A DNA stretch of 64,000 nucleotides, from positions 1,178,001-1,242,000 of the forward strand of contig MU008159.1 in assembly GCA_010909165.1 (NCBI GenBank), read 5' to 3'. The notes beneath the pieces are model-generated. The model had not been told where the DNA came from, did no database searches, and saw nothing but the letters and a program-made list of their open reading frames with translations. The first letter of the stretch is position 1, and each line of letters opens with the position of its first letter. The DNA is from Anthoceros angustus. Lineage: Eukaryota; Plantae; Anthocerotophyta. The translations under genes were made by a program, and so were the position numbers. This document shows, in pieces, positions 1 to 12,900 of the stretch.

Positions 1-113
1 GGTATAGTTCCATGTTCACTAAATTATATAACTGAATAGTTAGCGTAAAAAAATTGTATTAAACTTTGACATATGGATGTCCAATCGCAGTTATGATTGC
101 CCCTTGTTTCCAG

Positions 114-2245
114 CGCAAGTTCGAAGATGATGAGAAGCTTGATTCATTGTTGCAATCTATTTCATTGCTCACATTCTATTCAAAGGAAGAAGAGGACTTA
201 AGTAAATCTTTACTAGAAGAAGAAAGGAAGATGGAGGGAATTTCAGGTAAAATATTATTTTTATGTCTCATATTTGGTGATATATTGTGATATACTCTTA
301 AAAATTAAAATATTTTCATTCATCAGACCGTCCTCCAAAACTTGCAAAACATCTCAAAGACCTTGAGGCGTTTAGCTCTCTATCAACAGACGGAGTTATA
401 GAGATATTGGCTAAAGACATAGAGGCTCTTCGATTTTCTCATCAAAGATTGAAAGTGGTAAGAGAATATATATTTCATATGACATATGTTAATAAAATGA
501 CTTCCTTTATGTAATTTTGTAGAAACTTACCCCATAATTTTGCCTTAATATAGGATATACAAGAGAAACGTGCACAGCTAAAACCTATTGAAGATATTGA
601 AAAGGATAACTCAAAGTTATCACACAATCCTCTCTATGTTCCGGTATGTGTTAAGATGAAGATGAAATTTTATTAAAACATAAAATTTATTAATCCTCTC
701 ATTTAATATTTGATAAAGAAAACATAATATTTGTTACTAAGTAGGAATGCAAGTTAATATACCTATTATGCATGTGTGTAGACTAAATTATTTGCAACAC
801 ATGAGAACATTCAATTATCAAACATTAATCAAACTGGGTATTGCAAAGATCAACCCAAGCAAAAGAAAAATGCATTAAATTGGCAAAATGATCAAATAGG
901 TGCAATAGTTACACATAAGTTGCAATCAGCTCATAAAAATCTTGCAACATTGATTGCTACCAAAGAAAGCTTTGAAAAGGAGTTTGAACAAAGTACTAGT
1001 TCTATAAGAGAGGTGATATATGTTATAAATTATTGCATAGATGTTGATCATTCACATATATGAGTTCCATATATAAGAGAACAAAGAGTTACAGGTATTC
1101 TTTGTTATAGGTACAAGTAACAATACGTAGAGGGAAAGATTTGAAGGATTATGTTGATACTTTGCGAAACAAAGGCATTTTATACAAAGAAATGAAGACC
1201 AAAATTGATGATCTGACAATTGAGCATGGCCTCTTGTTTAGATCATTGCAAATATTGGAAAGAGAAGCTAGAAACTTACGAATGGGTATGACAACTTAAG
1301 TGGATGTACACTTTTCTATTTGATTTGAAAGATTGTATCTAAACAATGGACTTCATGAAAATGTCAACAGAAAATAATGGAAGTCGATCGGAGTCCATAG
1401 ATTTATTCAAGTCTATATCAGAAGTTTCTACAATAATCAAATTTTGTCAAGATCGTTTAGCACCCAAAATGAATATGTTACAAAAATTACAATTACTATT
1501 AAGACAAAGACACATTGAACAAGTTTCAACAGTTCATGCTCAAAAAGAGCTTTCACTTGCGGCCGAAAGGTATTTGAATTTCAAGAACTTTGAAAAAGAG
1601 GTTAACTTACTATTATATATCAAAGTTTAAGGAAAAAATTATTGTACACTCTTAGATATAAATATTCGTGTATATATGTAGGAAACATACACAAGCTGAA
1701 ACAGAAGTGTCAATGAGACATAAAGAGCTTAACAAAGAGAAACAAGTTTACCAAGAGTTATGCTCAAATGTCAAATGTCTTCAAATGTGTATTGAAGACT
1801 GTAAGAATCTAGCTTGTTCGAATTGATTTTAGATCATCGTAGCATGAATCTATGAGTTCCTGTTGACCGAAATCTTATTTTCCATATTCTGCAGTAGAAA
1901 AAATAAAAATAGGGACAAACTCCAATATATTACGACAAACACAATTGCAACAACACGAGGAGTTGGCTTGTAACTTATATCGAAGGCAACAAAATTTACA
2001 GGTTTTTACCCATATTGAATTTAATTAAAGGAAGTTCTGAACCACTGGCAATTACAAGTCAATATTAGTTTGTAATTATACTGATAATTTTTTAATTGTT
2101 TTGGCAGGACTCACATAAACTAAACCAAGCACAAGTCGACATGATAAAAGGCCTCCTTGTGATAATAAATGCAAAACTGGCGATGAGCTCAAATTCAGCT
2201 AATCCTCCCATATACTCCACTGTGACAGCATTAGAGACCGTTTAA
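114..2245 (+). CDS. IFT81: Intraflagellar transport protein 81 homologue, 3' part (gene starts upstream of the window). Inferred exons: 114-246, 327-457, 554-643, 782-1012, 1111-1285, 1371-1569, 1682-1800, 1895-2001, 2108-2245
   Basis: GT-AG exons join in consistent phase into a coiled-coil protein ending TAA at 2243-2245. Segments GKDLKDYVDTLRNKGILYKEMKTKIDDLTIEHGLLFRSLQIL, AETEVSMRHKELNKEKQVY and EELACNLYRRQQNLQDSHKLNQAQVDM are collinear, by eye, with the IFT81 C-terminal half as I recall it (GDEFKRYVNKLRSK...[52 protein letters not shown]). Confidence 0.8.
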
Positions 2246-2634
2246 ATTTTGTTATATCATGATCATTAATTATTTAATGAAAAGTGATAAAAATATGTCA
2301 TCATCCATAAAAGCCTCTCATATTGAAATCAAAAGATGTTATGAATCTAATTAAGAGAAAGATGTTATTGATCCGGTTTTAGAACAGACATGAACGATAT
2401 TCTAACCGAGCTTAGAAGGAGTTCGGTGGAACTCCGTGGTAAAGCAGCCGGCTGCTCTTGGTGAGATTACTGGAAGCAAACACCTTATATCATGGAAGAA
2501 AACCAATTTATTCACCAGTAGTATGATACTAAATAGTGCCTTAATACTGGAAACTAGGTTATTTATGACCAGTCTATTATGCAGGTTTGTGATTTACGTG
2601 GTTCTGAATGGATACTGAAATTAGGTCTCGCACC

Positions 2635-2886
2635 CTCTCACATGGGAAAGCAATAGGTCTTAAAATGCATCTCTCACACATGGGAAAGCCTTAGGTCCTA
2701 AAAATCGTTCTCTCACGTGAGAAAGCGATAGGTTCTAGAAAGTGGTCTCTCACATGGGTAAGCGATAGGTCCTAGAAAGTGTCTCTCACATGGGTAACAT
2801 GGGAAAGCGATAGGTCCTAGAAAGTGGGGGTAGGTCCTAGAAAGTGGGGGTAAGTCCTACAAAGTGGTCTCTCACATGGGTAAGCC
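2635..2886. repeat. Degenerate ~37-bp tandem repeat, consensus about CTCTCACATGGGAAAGCGATAGGTCCTAGAAAGTGGT; about 5 full units plus partial units
   Basis: The unit recurs back-to-back with substitutions, and with internal sub-duplications (TAGGTCCTAGAAAGTGGGGG twice). Confidence 0.85.
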
Positions 2887-2909
2887 ATACGACCTATGCA
2901 CTGGCTAGC

Positions 2910-3110
2910 ATGATGAGAGTATTATTCAAGTTTGTATTCATGATGAGTTCATTGATTGATCCAATTTATTCTCATTAAGTTTATTTATTTATGTAATTTA
3001 ATAATGATGAGTTTAGTAATTGATCTAATTTATTTTGGTCATTAATGGGTTATTTTGATTTTATCCATTTTATTGATGATGAGTTTATAAATCGATATTT
3101 ATGATATTGA
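2910..3110. repeat. AT-rich degenerate repeats built on ATGATGAGTT...
   Basis: atgatgagagt, atgatgagttc, atgatgagttt and gatgatgagttt recur at irregular spacing with similar downstream tgatcc/taattt sequence. Confidence 0.45.
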
Positions 3111-3894
3111 GTTTATTCATTAAATTAATTAATTAATTTTTAAATATATTACTATATATTATTATATTCATAAAATTTTGATTCTTTGATAATAAATCGA
3201 AACTTTCTAATCATACAACTGAGACCAACCACGGTCATCCATAGCAATTTCGATAGCAAAAAGTTAAAGTTATTGACTTAAAGTGGTGGGCGCCCGCTAG
3301 CAGCAGCTACATATAAGTGACCAAAACAAAGTCTTCGAATCTAATATGGCGCTAATACAAGGTTGTAGACAACCTATGCAGTATGCAGCCCGAGAAGGTT
3401 CACGGGTTTATTTCTGTTGCGGAGTCTGTAGCTACTTATTCGGGCAAGCATGGCTTCAACTTGTTAGTTAGGAGCTGCTCCTCCTAACCAACTCTCGGAT
3501 CCGGGCTCCAAGGATGCGTTTGCCTTTCCAATCGCCTGCAGCTCTTATGTCGATCGTAAGCATCTGAGCGCACGCATCAGATGCTGCCGTCTGTACCGAT
3601 AGACTTCACTGTGACCCAAAAGCCGATCCGCACAACCTTGGCAGAGCCGCGTCTGTAGCCCAGCCTCTCCAATTATTTGAAAGCCTGCGACCCCAACAGG
3701 CGAGATGCATGTATATGAGATTCTAGCTGGATCCAATGTTATTCCAACTTGTAAAGCAGTCGAGCCACCAAAATGCAATTCACAGTCACAGTCGAGGGCG
3801 ATTGAAGAGCTCGTGAATTCACGAAAACAGCCTCACACAGGTGGACTTACAGGATCAGCCGAGGCAGACGGGTCAGGAAGAGCAGCCCAGCTGC

Positions 3895-4682
3895 TCAGTA
3901 CCCTGAGGAAGGAGGCGGCGTCTTCTCGTGGCCCTTGTGGCGCCATGTTGGAGGGGGCGGAGACTTGTACTGGTAGACTGGAGTCGGAGGAGGAGGCGAC
4001 GGAGATGGAGGAGGCGGGGATTTGTATTTGTAGACGGGAGGAGGAGGCGAGGGAGGTGGAGGAGGCGGGGACTTGTATTTGTAGACGGGAGGAGGAGGCG
4101 ACGGAGATGGAGGAGGCGGGGACTTGTATTTGTAGACGGGAGGAGGCGGGGACTCGTATTTGTAGACGGGAGGAGGAGGCGAGGGAGATGGAGGAGGCGG
4201 GGACTTGTATTTGTAGACTGGAGGAGGAGGCGAGGGAGATGGAGGAGGCGGGGACTTGTATTTGTAGACGGGAGGAGGCGGGGACTCATTTGTAGACTGG
4301 GGAGGCGGCGAGGGAGGAGGCGGGGACTTGTACTTGTAGACTGGAGGAGGCGGCGAGGGAGGTGGAGGAGGCGGGGACTTGTATTTGTAGACTGGAGGAG
4401 GCGGCGAGGGAGGTGGAGGAGGCGGGGACTTGTATTTGTAGACTGGAGGAGGAGGCGAGGGAGATGGAGGAGGTGGGGACTTGTAGTTGTAGACCGGCGG
4501 GGGCGGGGAGGCCGTCGGGGAGGAGGCGACTGGTAGTGGTAGGGAGGCGGCTTCTTGCCGCCATGCCCGTGGCCGCCGTCGGGGTACTCGGGTGGCGGGG
4601 CCTTGTGATCCCAGGCGAAGCAGAGCTGGAGAGCCGCCAGCAGCAGCAGCAGCGGCAGCAGCGCGGACCCGGAGCGCGCCAT
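3895..4682 (-). CDS. Extensin (hydroxyproline-rich cell-wall glycoprotein) with signal peptide; one apparent -1 frameshift near 4517-4520
   Basis: ATG at 4682 gives the signal peptide MARSGSALLPLLLLLAALQLCFA, then PPPYHYQSPPP. The adjacent frame continues as repeated SPPPP-SPSPPPP-VYKYK units to TGA at 3895. SP4 and YxY/VYK are established extensin motifs. Confidence 0.9.
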
Positions 4683-4799
4683 CGCTCCTGGACGAATCCG
4701 AACTCCTCGCCCGCAGCGCCGGAGAGAAATGGAGCTCGCTGAGTGAAGAGGAGGCGGAAGCTGTCGCCGGTGCTGGAGTGTGCATGCAGCGGGAGGTGG

Positions 4800-4806
4800 A
4801 TTTATA
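4800..4806 (-). promoter_or_regulatory. Probable TATA box (TATAAAT) of the extensin gene
   Basis: TATAAAT on the minus strand about 120 nt upstream of the extensin ATG, followed by a pyrimidine-rich leader. Confidence 0.55.
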
Positions 4807-4876
4807 CACCCGGGATGGTGGGTGGGAGCTGCCGCGCACCTTCCGCTTGGGGACCCAGCTTGCTACTGGCGAGCTG

Positions 4877-4925
4877 CTGGCGATGCTGCTGCTGCTGCTG
4901 CTGGCGATGCTGCTGCTGCTGCTGG
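4877..4925. repeat. (CTG)n microsatellite, duplicated as GCTGGCGAT(GCT)n
   Basis: Seen directly, upstream of the extensin TATA box. Confidence 0.8.
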
Positions 4926-6995
4926 TGGAGATGCGAGATCAGCAGAGCGGGACAACCGTCAACATGGATGGACGGCCGTCTATCATAACGCTCTTCGCTG
5001 GATGCGGTACAGGCGCCGTTAGTCCGTGGCCCGGTTCACACCGCGGCCAAGAACAAGAAGGAAAGAGACCGGTTAGCGTTTTAGGCCAGCAGGGCGATCA
5101 TTCTGCCCGGCGCTTGGGATGCCATCATTCATGACTTCGTTCAGCTGGACATGGATGTTGGTGGAATCGCATGACTCGGCGAGCGAGCGGGGAATTATTG
5201 TCCTCACTCTTTCCCGGCGAATACATTATTGTCCCCGACTCGCTTGACATGGAGATGGGGGGCCGCGATTGCCGTGGCAAGCCAAGCGGCGGGGGCAGGG
5301 GAAGCAGGCCTGAGTGCAGACGGAGATGATGCAGACACGAGCCACCATCGCGGAGTTGTTTTGTTTGATTCTACAATGCCGCCACCGGCACCGCTCTGGT
5401 CCGGCAGCAGGTACAAGAAAAGAGAGACTGCAGACGCCGTTCCAGGTGGGGCAGTCATTGTTTAGTGGAGACTGTCCAGGACTCGGAGCCCCTGTGAGTG
5501 GTGAGTCAAAATGCGGCACACTCCGTCCTGGTCCGGGATTGAACCCATTCCCATTCCCATTCCCGAGGTTGGAAGTTTCTGGTGGTGGAGTCGGTCGGCT
5601 TGAGGGTCCGTGGTACTGTAGCTGGGGAATCGGAATCGTGTTAGGCTCAGAGTTGCTGGAAGACAGAGCAGAGGAATACTAGGACTAGATGGGTGCTTGT
5701 ATAAATAAGCACAGCTGCAGGGTACAGCCAGGTGGGGAATGTTACGTATGTCTGGAGGTGGCAGATTCACGAACCGGGCAGGGCAGAGGCGCATCAGTCC
5801 TGACGCTGACGGGTCGAGCACGCAGTAGGTGAAGACCTCGGGAGTGCACACGGCGCAGGCCATTATCAGTACCTGCCCTGCTGCCCTGCTGCCAACTGGG
5901 TCAAGCAAAGCATGGCTTGCAATTGCCGGAGCCGCCGCCCTCCCCAGTCCTGCACCCACTTTCCTGACAAACCCACTAACCCTGCGATTCACATGCGGAA
6001 AGGCCGCTTTCCTCGTCCTTTTTATGCCTTGCTTCTCATTTGATGCAACTCGCATCCCCGCCTGCAGTCACTGTGTGATCGGAGATTCCGCCCACCAAGG
6101 CTGGGTCTTGGGAGGCTGGTGGAGGGCGTGCACTTTGCACATATGTACATACCACTTTCACAGCTTGCAGGCTGGTCAGTACACCCCACTGGCATCTACT
6201 CAGTAGCCCCTCACCCAGCCGTGGTTGGAAGTTCCTAATGGAATAGGAACACCGAGATGTAGATATGGAGCCAGCAGGTCACGGGCTTGTTACCGTGGGT
6301 TTAGAAACTCACGGACGATGCCCACCCCCGCCTGGCTTGCGTCTTGCGTGCTGGGTTCCATCCTCATGCCTTACAAACTCACAGGTCTGACTGCCTGTTC
6401 CACTATCGGCCTTTTTGGGAACACTATGGTGAGAACTATTCTGGCGAGCATGAGCAGCAGCTGGTGGACAAAGCAAGAGTATCAGGAATAATTGTCCCTG
6501 CTTTGGTTCTTGAGGTGACATGAGGGCAAGCGTCCACGCGTGTTGGCTCTGGAGCAGAAGCCGTGAACAGGATGGTTCCAGTACCATCCCGTCCCGTACC
6601 GGCGTGGGCAACATTTAGGGGATGCCTTTCCCGAGACCTGTCAGCAATCCAGTCTTCGATTGGCATCAACCTGCTGAGACTGAAGAGTCACAGCGTGGCC
6701 TTTCATAGCTTCGTAACGAGTTACAAATACATGTTCTTGAACCTCCATCAGCCTCTTCCTGTCATACACATTGAACAGTCTCTCTCATTTACTGAAACAA
6801 AGAGCAGATCGCTGTCTGCTCCAAGGGCTCCCTGAGCTTGCGACACTATTCACGCCCCGCCTCCTCGGACCTCATACGGAGTAGGAAACAAGTCCTTTCC
6901 AGAGCACATCGCACGGCCTCTGGAAAGAAGTTTCTAGTCGGAACGCAAATGCAGTGAAACGGCCGGCTGCCTCGCCGCATTTCCCTACCACCCAA

Positions 6996-9900
6996 TCATC
7001 GTACCGGAGCCACCAGCTGTTGCACAGGCCGCTCCTCGTAGTTGGGGTTCGCTTCAGGAGTGTCTTCCTCACTCGGGGGCACAAGCTGCCAAAACTGGAC
7101 CAGCTTCGCTTCCCAGTTGGCCAACACCTCTATCCCTCTGGCACTGCCAGTTTTGTCCTGCTCACAAAAAGCAAATCCTGTCAGAGCTCCATCCCTGCCC
7201 AAATTGCTGAGCGTCTGTCCGACAGCAAAGAAGGGAGGAGACTTACGACATGTGCTTGAATGAGTCGACGCAACTGCACTTGCCCAGCAGGGGCTGTCAC
7301 CCTCTGCATCCTCACGATTTCCTTATTGACCTGGACACCGAGTGCAAGATGACTTCAGTCCACCTCCAACTTAGAGAACACTGCAAGCCAGATCCAAGGA
7401 TGCACAGATTTTACCTTGGGAGCTAAGCTGTCATCCTCATCCAAGAGATATGCTAGACCCCCTGTCATTCCAGCACCAACATTCCTGCCAACCCTGCAAT
7501 CAAGGAGAACAGGTTGAGGGTGTAAAATATAGATAGTGTTCGTCTCCTTTGCTTCCCACAGTAGAGACATGTTCCCTTACTTGCCAAGAGAGATCACACA
7601 TCCCCCTGTCATGTACTCGCAACAATGGTCTCCAGCACCTTCCACCACTGCTGTTGCAGAAGAATTTCGCACGGCAAAACGCTCGCCAGCTTTCCCGCGC
7701 ACAAAACACTCACCTCCAGTGGCACCATATAGACATGTGTTCCCTACGATGGTAGCATCTTCTGGGACAAAACCAACGTTTTCTTCGGGAACTATGACAA
7801 GCTCACCACCTGCCATTCCCTGCTCACCCACATGGCTCCCATGAGCACAAGGAGGGCAGAAAAAGTCATGTCACTGTACACACGAGTTCAAATGCAAGAA
7901 ATACCTTGCCCACATAGTCGTTGGCCTCGCCAACCAACCGTATGTTCATTCCAGGTGTCAGGAAGCAGCCAAAAGACTGTCCTGCACTTCCCAAAAACCT
8001 GCCACAGAATCCAATATCAGTGTTGATCTCCTGGACCTAATAGCTATCCAAGCTTACTTGATTGAAAACTTGCAGCTAAAATACACTACGTTGAAAGGGG
8101 CAAACAGGGATAACGGAGGGAACAAAGACTCTTAGAGAAGGGACCAGTGCAGGTCTCGGGCTAAACCGACATTTCAGGAAAACCAATTATTCGACTTCTC
8201 TAAAATCCGCTACTGTAATTGGCCACACTTACGTCAGGTCCAGCTGCCCAGCGAAGCCAGTGTCGCCATATTTCTTTGCAATTGCACCGGCGACGCGACC
8301 ACACACTGAACGATCAACGTTGAATATTTGAAAAGTCTTCCTGACTGTTTTCTCTTCTTCTATTGCTTCTTTTACCTGAAACACATTGATGGGGTGGGGA
8401 GGGAGGGTGGGGTTGGGGTTTAATAACAGGCTCAATCGAGAAAGTCATCACTCAGCTCAACCTGCTTTCACAGAAACACTTACATCAGGATCTGCAAGCA
8501 ACTGGTCATCCAGAACAGGTCCATTTGAATGAACATCCTGCTGTCTAATTTCAGTGCTACTCAGTTTGAGCCTTCCAACATTCTGATGTCCACAAACAAA
8601 CTGGCTGGTAAGAACTCGGCTCAATAGCTTTGCACTGATCAGTCTTCATGATGTAACTGTGTCCTTACACACAAAACCAAACTTTGACGACATTTAGGCA
8701 ACAAAGCAGAAGAACTTACACTTCGAATGTAGCTCAGGTCGAGCTGATTCGTTTTTTGAAGGTGAACGTCTCTCAATTCCAGCAGATCAGTTGCGCCGAT
8801 AATCTCATCAAGAGTGGCATATCCTAACTCAGAGAGGATGGCTCGAACCTGTTGGGAGAAAAAGAGACGTAAACAGGAGGCCAGCGGCATGAATGCGATC
8901 TGTCATTCTTGCTGTGACCACGTGCACTGAAACCTATATGCTCCCACTCTCTGCCCACGAACTGTGGTCATTGCTTCACAATGACGTACCATAATACCAA
9001 AAACTTTGAGTCAATGAGAACGTACCTCCTCAGCAACAAACAGGAAGAAATTCACAAGATCACCGGGAACACCAGGAAAGCGTGCTCGTAGTTCCTCTCT
9101 CTGGGACAAATCGCAGCAGTTGTTAATCAAAGTGAATCTAAGCAATAAATCAACTACTGTGAGTAACTGTTGCGTGGGAATGTCAGTAAGTGACTAAGGT
9201 ACAGACCTGGCTGGCAACCCCCACGGGACAATTGTTTGTATGGCAGATCCGTGCCATGATACATCCAGTAGCAATCATAGCTACTGATCCAAATCCGTAC
9301 TCATCAGCGCCCATCAAAGCTCCCATCACCACATCCACACCACTCTTGAATCCGCCATCAACCCGGAGAACAACCCGCTCTCTCAAACCGTTTTGCAAAA
9401 GTGCCTGTTGATCGATATTACATTCCAAGCACACATGTTATCCAATGGTCACAAAGCGGCCAAAGTCGGATACTCCCATATTTCGTAAATCGGATGTCGT
9501 CATTCAACTAAGAACTTTACCTGGTGAGTCTCTGTGAGCCCAAGCTCCCATGGCCCACCCGCATGCTTTATGGAACTGATGGGACTTGCTCCAGTTCCTC
9601 CGTCGTGGCCTGATATCTGCACAGACCAGGAACTTCAATGAGGCCTTGTCTACTTATCGTTATCCATCCATACACTACCAAATGTAGCAGACTTCGTTAA
9701 CAGACCTGGATGACATCAGCATTGGCTTTGGCAACTCCACAACCCACTGTGCCTATGCCAGCTTCTGCCACAAGCTTTACAGAGACTTTGGCATTTGGAT
9801 TCACCTGTATCGTGATACACAAGAGGGCACACGCATTACACATAATGAGCTTCTCCATAAGAGGAAGAAAACACGGAAAATGGCACGGCTGAATGCATTA

Positions 9901-12900
9901 GCTGCTAAAATACATAGCAGAGTAAGAGCCCTACCATGTGCAAGTCGTAGATCAGCTGTGCCAGATCCTCGATGGAGTAAATGTCATGATGAGGCGGTGG
10001 GGAAATCAAAGGAACTCCAGGCTTAGACCTTCGCAGCATAGCAATGTACGGACTGACTTTTTTACCAGGCAACTGTCCACCTTCTCCAGGTTTGGCTCCT
10101 TGTGCTATCTTTATTTCTAGCTGGTCAGCATTTGCAAGGAACGTTGGTGTAACACCAAATCTTCCAGACGCCACCTGCAATCGACAACCGCATGCAAGTC
10201 TGTAAGAAACAAAACGGACGAGAGCTTACAAACAGTAGTACAAATCCATCTTGACCAACCTGCTTGATTGCGCTTCCTGCAGTATCACCATTCTTTAAGC
10301 CCTTCAAGTGAGGCAGAGTAGGCGAACGCCCACCTTCCACATCTGACAATTCAGTCCAGCGAATTGGATCCTGCAAGCACATCCAAGCCTATGGATTACG
10401 TCACTGGAAACTTAAACAATGGTCGATCACGAGTGCTAGTGTCCACCCATACCTCACCACCTTCCCCTGAGTTTGACTTCCCTCCAATGCGATTCATTGC
10501 AATAGCAATGGCTTCATGTGTTTCCCTGGAAATTGCCCCAAGAGACATTCCGCCAGTGCAAAACCGCTCCACAAGCTTAGAAGCAGGCTCCACATCCTCC
10601 AAGGGAATTGGCTGTCGATCACTTCGAAACTTAAACATGTCCCTAATCACCTGAGACACACAGCAAGCATCAATTTAAGACTGCATAAGATACTGCTTGG
10701 CTCGTCCAACTGGGGTACCAAAATGCCCAACGTTTGCACAGTAAAGGGCACATACATTTACAGGCCGATTGGAAAGATGGTGTTGATATACAGTGAACGC
10801 AAGCCCATTGTTCTCTCTAACAGCTTTGTGCACCAGCTTTGACATCTCTGGGTTGTTACCATGATACTCACCTGCTCAAGGAAAAACACTATCAGAATAT
10901 CAGGCCTCGTCTTCAGGACAAGGTCCTTTTCAAACTTAACACTTGTCATGCTCTGCCATAACTCACCCCCAGGTCTAAATTGAATAAAACCAAAGTTCTC
11001 AAGCTTCTTCACAGTGTCTTCAGTAAAAGCTTTAGCCCAGAAAGATATAGACTCCCTTGCTACCTGAACAGAACACCCGATATGCTGTTGTCATAATCAC
11101 GGGGTAGAAGAAGAATCTGTGGTTCACCCAAACTATGTCAAACAATAAGCTTAAGTGCACCAGGAAGAAACCTCATCCAGAGTAAGACCACCGATGCGTG
11201 AGACGCTTCCACGGAATGCTGTATCCACTACTTCTTTGCCGAGGCCGTAGATCTCAAAAATTTGAGCACCAGAGTAACTAGAGGAAGCAACTTCACTTGT
11301 CAGAATAAATTAGTTTAAGCTTTCCAGGTAGCTTGAGAAAATATTGGAGTATCCCTTCGAAGCAAACTGGCATGCTCCGGACCCACAAGGATTACCTTTG
11401 TAGAAGAGAAATGCCCATCTTGGAAAGAATTTTGAGCAAACCCGAATTCACAGCCTGCAGAGAGGTCACATCATTCAGGTGTAGAAAAGTAACAGCATCC
11501 AAAAGTAGCAGCACAGAATATGCCTTTCAGACACTTCCCGGATGCAAGTGTCACATTGAAATTTAGACGTCCAGACCTCGGAAGAACTGAGAATTGAGGG
11601 CCCTGTGAGTACCTTAATGAAATTCTTCTGAGCCTGCTCAATAGAGACAGTTGGCATTTTGCCAGTTCGCATGAGATTCACTGTTCTTGTGCTCAGACGC
11701 CACTGTCTACAAGTCTCCAGGGCCAAGTAGGGGCAAACAGCACTGCCAAATAATCAATGAAGAGGTCAGAGGTCCATAATACTGGCACTGTCAAACACTG
11801 TGCAAGACAGGTTGGATAAAACGTGTCCAAATTCTTACCTGGCCCCATAACCAAGAAGGCAAGCGAAATGATGTGTGCTGAAGCACTGCGCAGTGTCTGC
11901 AACAATAGAAGCTGACATCCGAAGACCATTTTGAATCAAGTGATGGTGAACTGCCCCCACAGACAGAAGGATCGGAATAGCAGGTCTGGTGGCTTCCTGC
12001 CGTAATAACCGCCATTGTCATTCACAGTCACGAAAGACTGCCTTAGGCCCACCATCAAGAATAACTGCCGCAATGCCACAACTCTGAATAGGAATAGAGA
12101 CTCACAAGGTCATCACTTCGATCACTGAGAATAAGAAGCTGACATCCTGATCGCACAGCTTCATCTGCAGCAAGACAAAGTTTGTCCAGGGCTGTCTGGA
12201 GAGCACCCTCCACACCATCACTGATGTTGAAAAACGTTGGAAGTGTTGCCGATTTGAGATTCACTCCAGTTCTCAGAATTGCAAGGTCTCCCTCACTTAA
12301 TACTGGAGACGCCAGGGAGACCTGAATGAAATTGTCACATAAAATGTTAACCTGACAGCATCATGTCAAGATCAAAATTAGGAACAAAAGTAATACGAGC
12401 CCATACCTGATCTGCATTCTTTGCATCAACTTCCAAAAGGTTGGCACGTCTGCCAAGGTTCACTTCCAGCGACATGACCAAACCTTCCCGTAGAGGGTCT
12501 ATGGGAGGGTTTGTAACCTGGTCAGACCCAACAATGTCTGTCAATATTGCAAGAACGTTGCATACTTCAGGGCATTTGAAAGCTCACAGACATACTGAAG
12601 ACCAATGTACCTGAGCAAATCGCTGCTTGAAATAATCATACAACATGTGAGCCTTCTCAGACAGCACAGCTAAAGGGATGTCATCGCCCATACAGAATGT
12701 GGGTTCTTTACCCTGGGCAGCCATATTCTCAATTACCATCTGGATATCCTCCAGTGAGTAGCCATAGGCGCTGCATAAAGTACAGTGAACCAGAAAATAA
12801 TCAGTAGCAAACATCCTAGAAGGGTGAGCATCCTCAGTGCAGGGACTGAGCATTCATAGCTGACCACTAAACTTCTGAACCTCTATAAACACATCAGGGC

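Noticed and set aside
2635-2886. 37-bp repeats as a CRISPR array
   Set aside because: Units are adjacent with no unique spacers, degenerate, and in a eukaryotic context with no cas genes.
3705-4742. Long repetitive + strand ORFs (EEEAREMEEAGTCICR and similar)
   Set aside because: They are antisense shadows of the extensin repeat.
5200-6800. Overlapping ORFs on both strands between extensin and GOGAT, including a GNGNGNG/Pro-rich frame and a TATAAATA inside a GTGCTT/AAGCAC hairpin near 5694-5713
   Set aside because: No recognisable domain or consistent exon chain; the GC content explains the ORF lengths. A hidden small gene cannot be excluded without RNA-seq.
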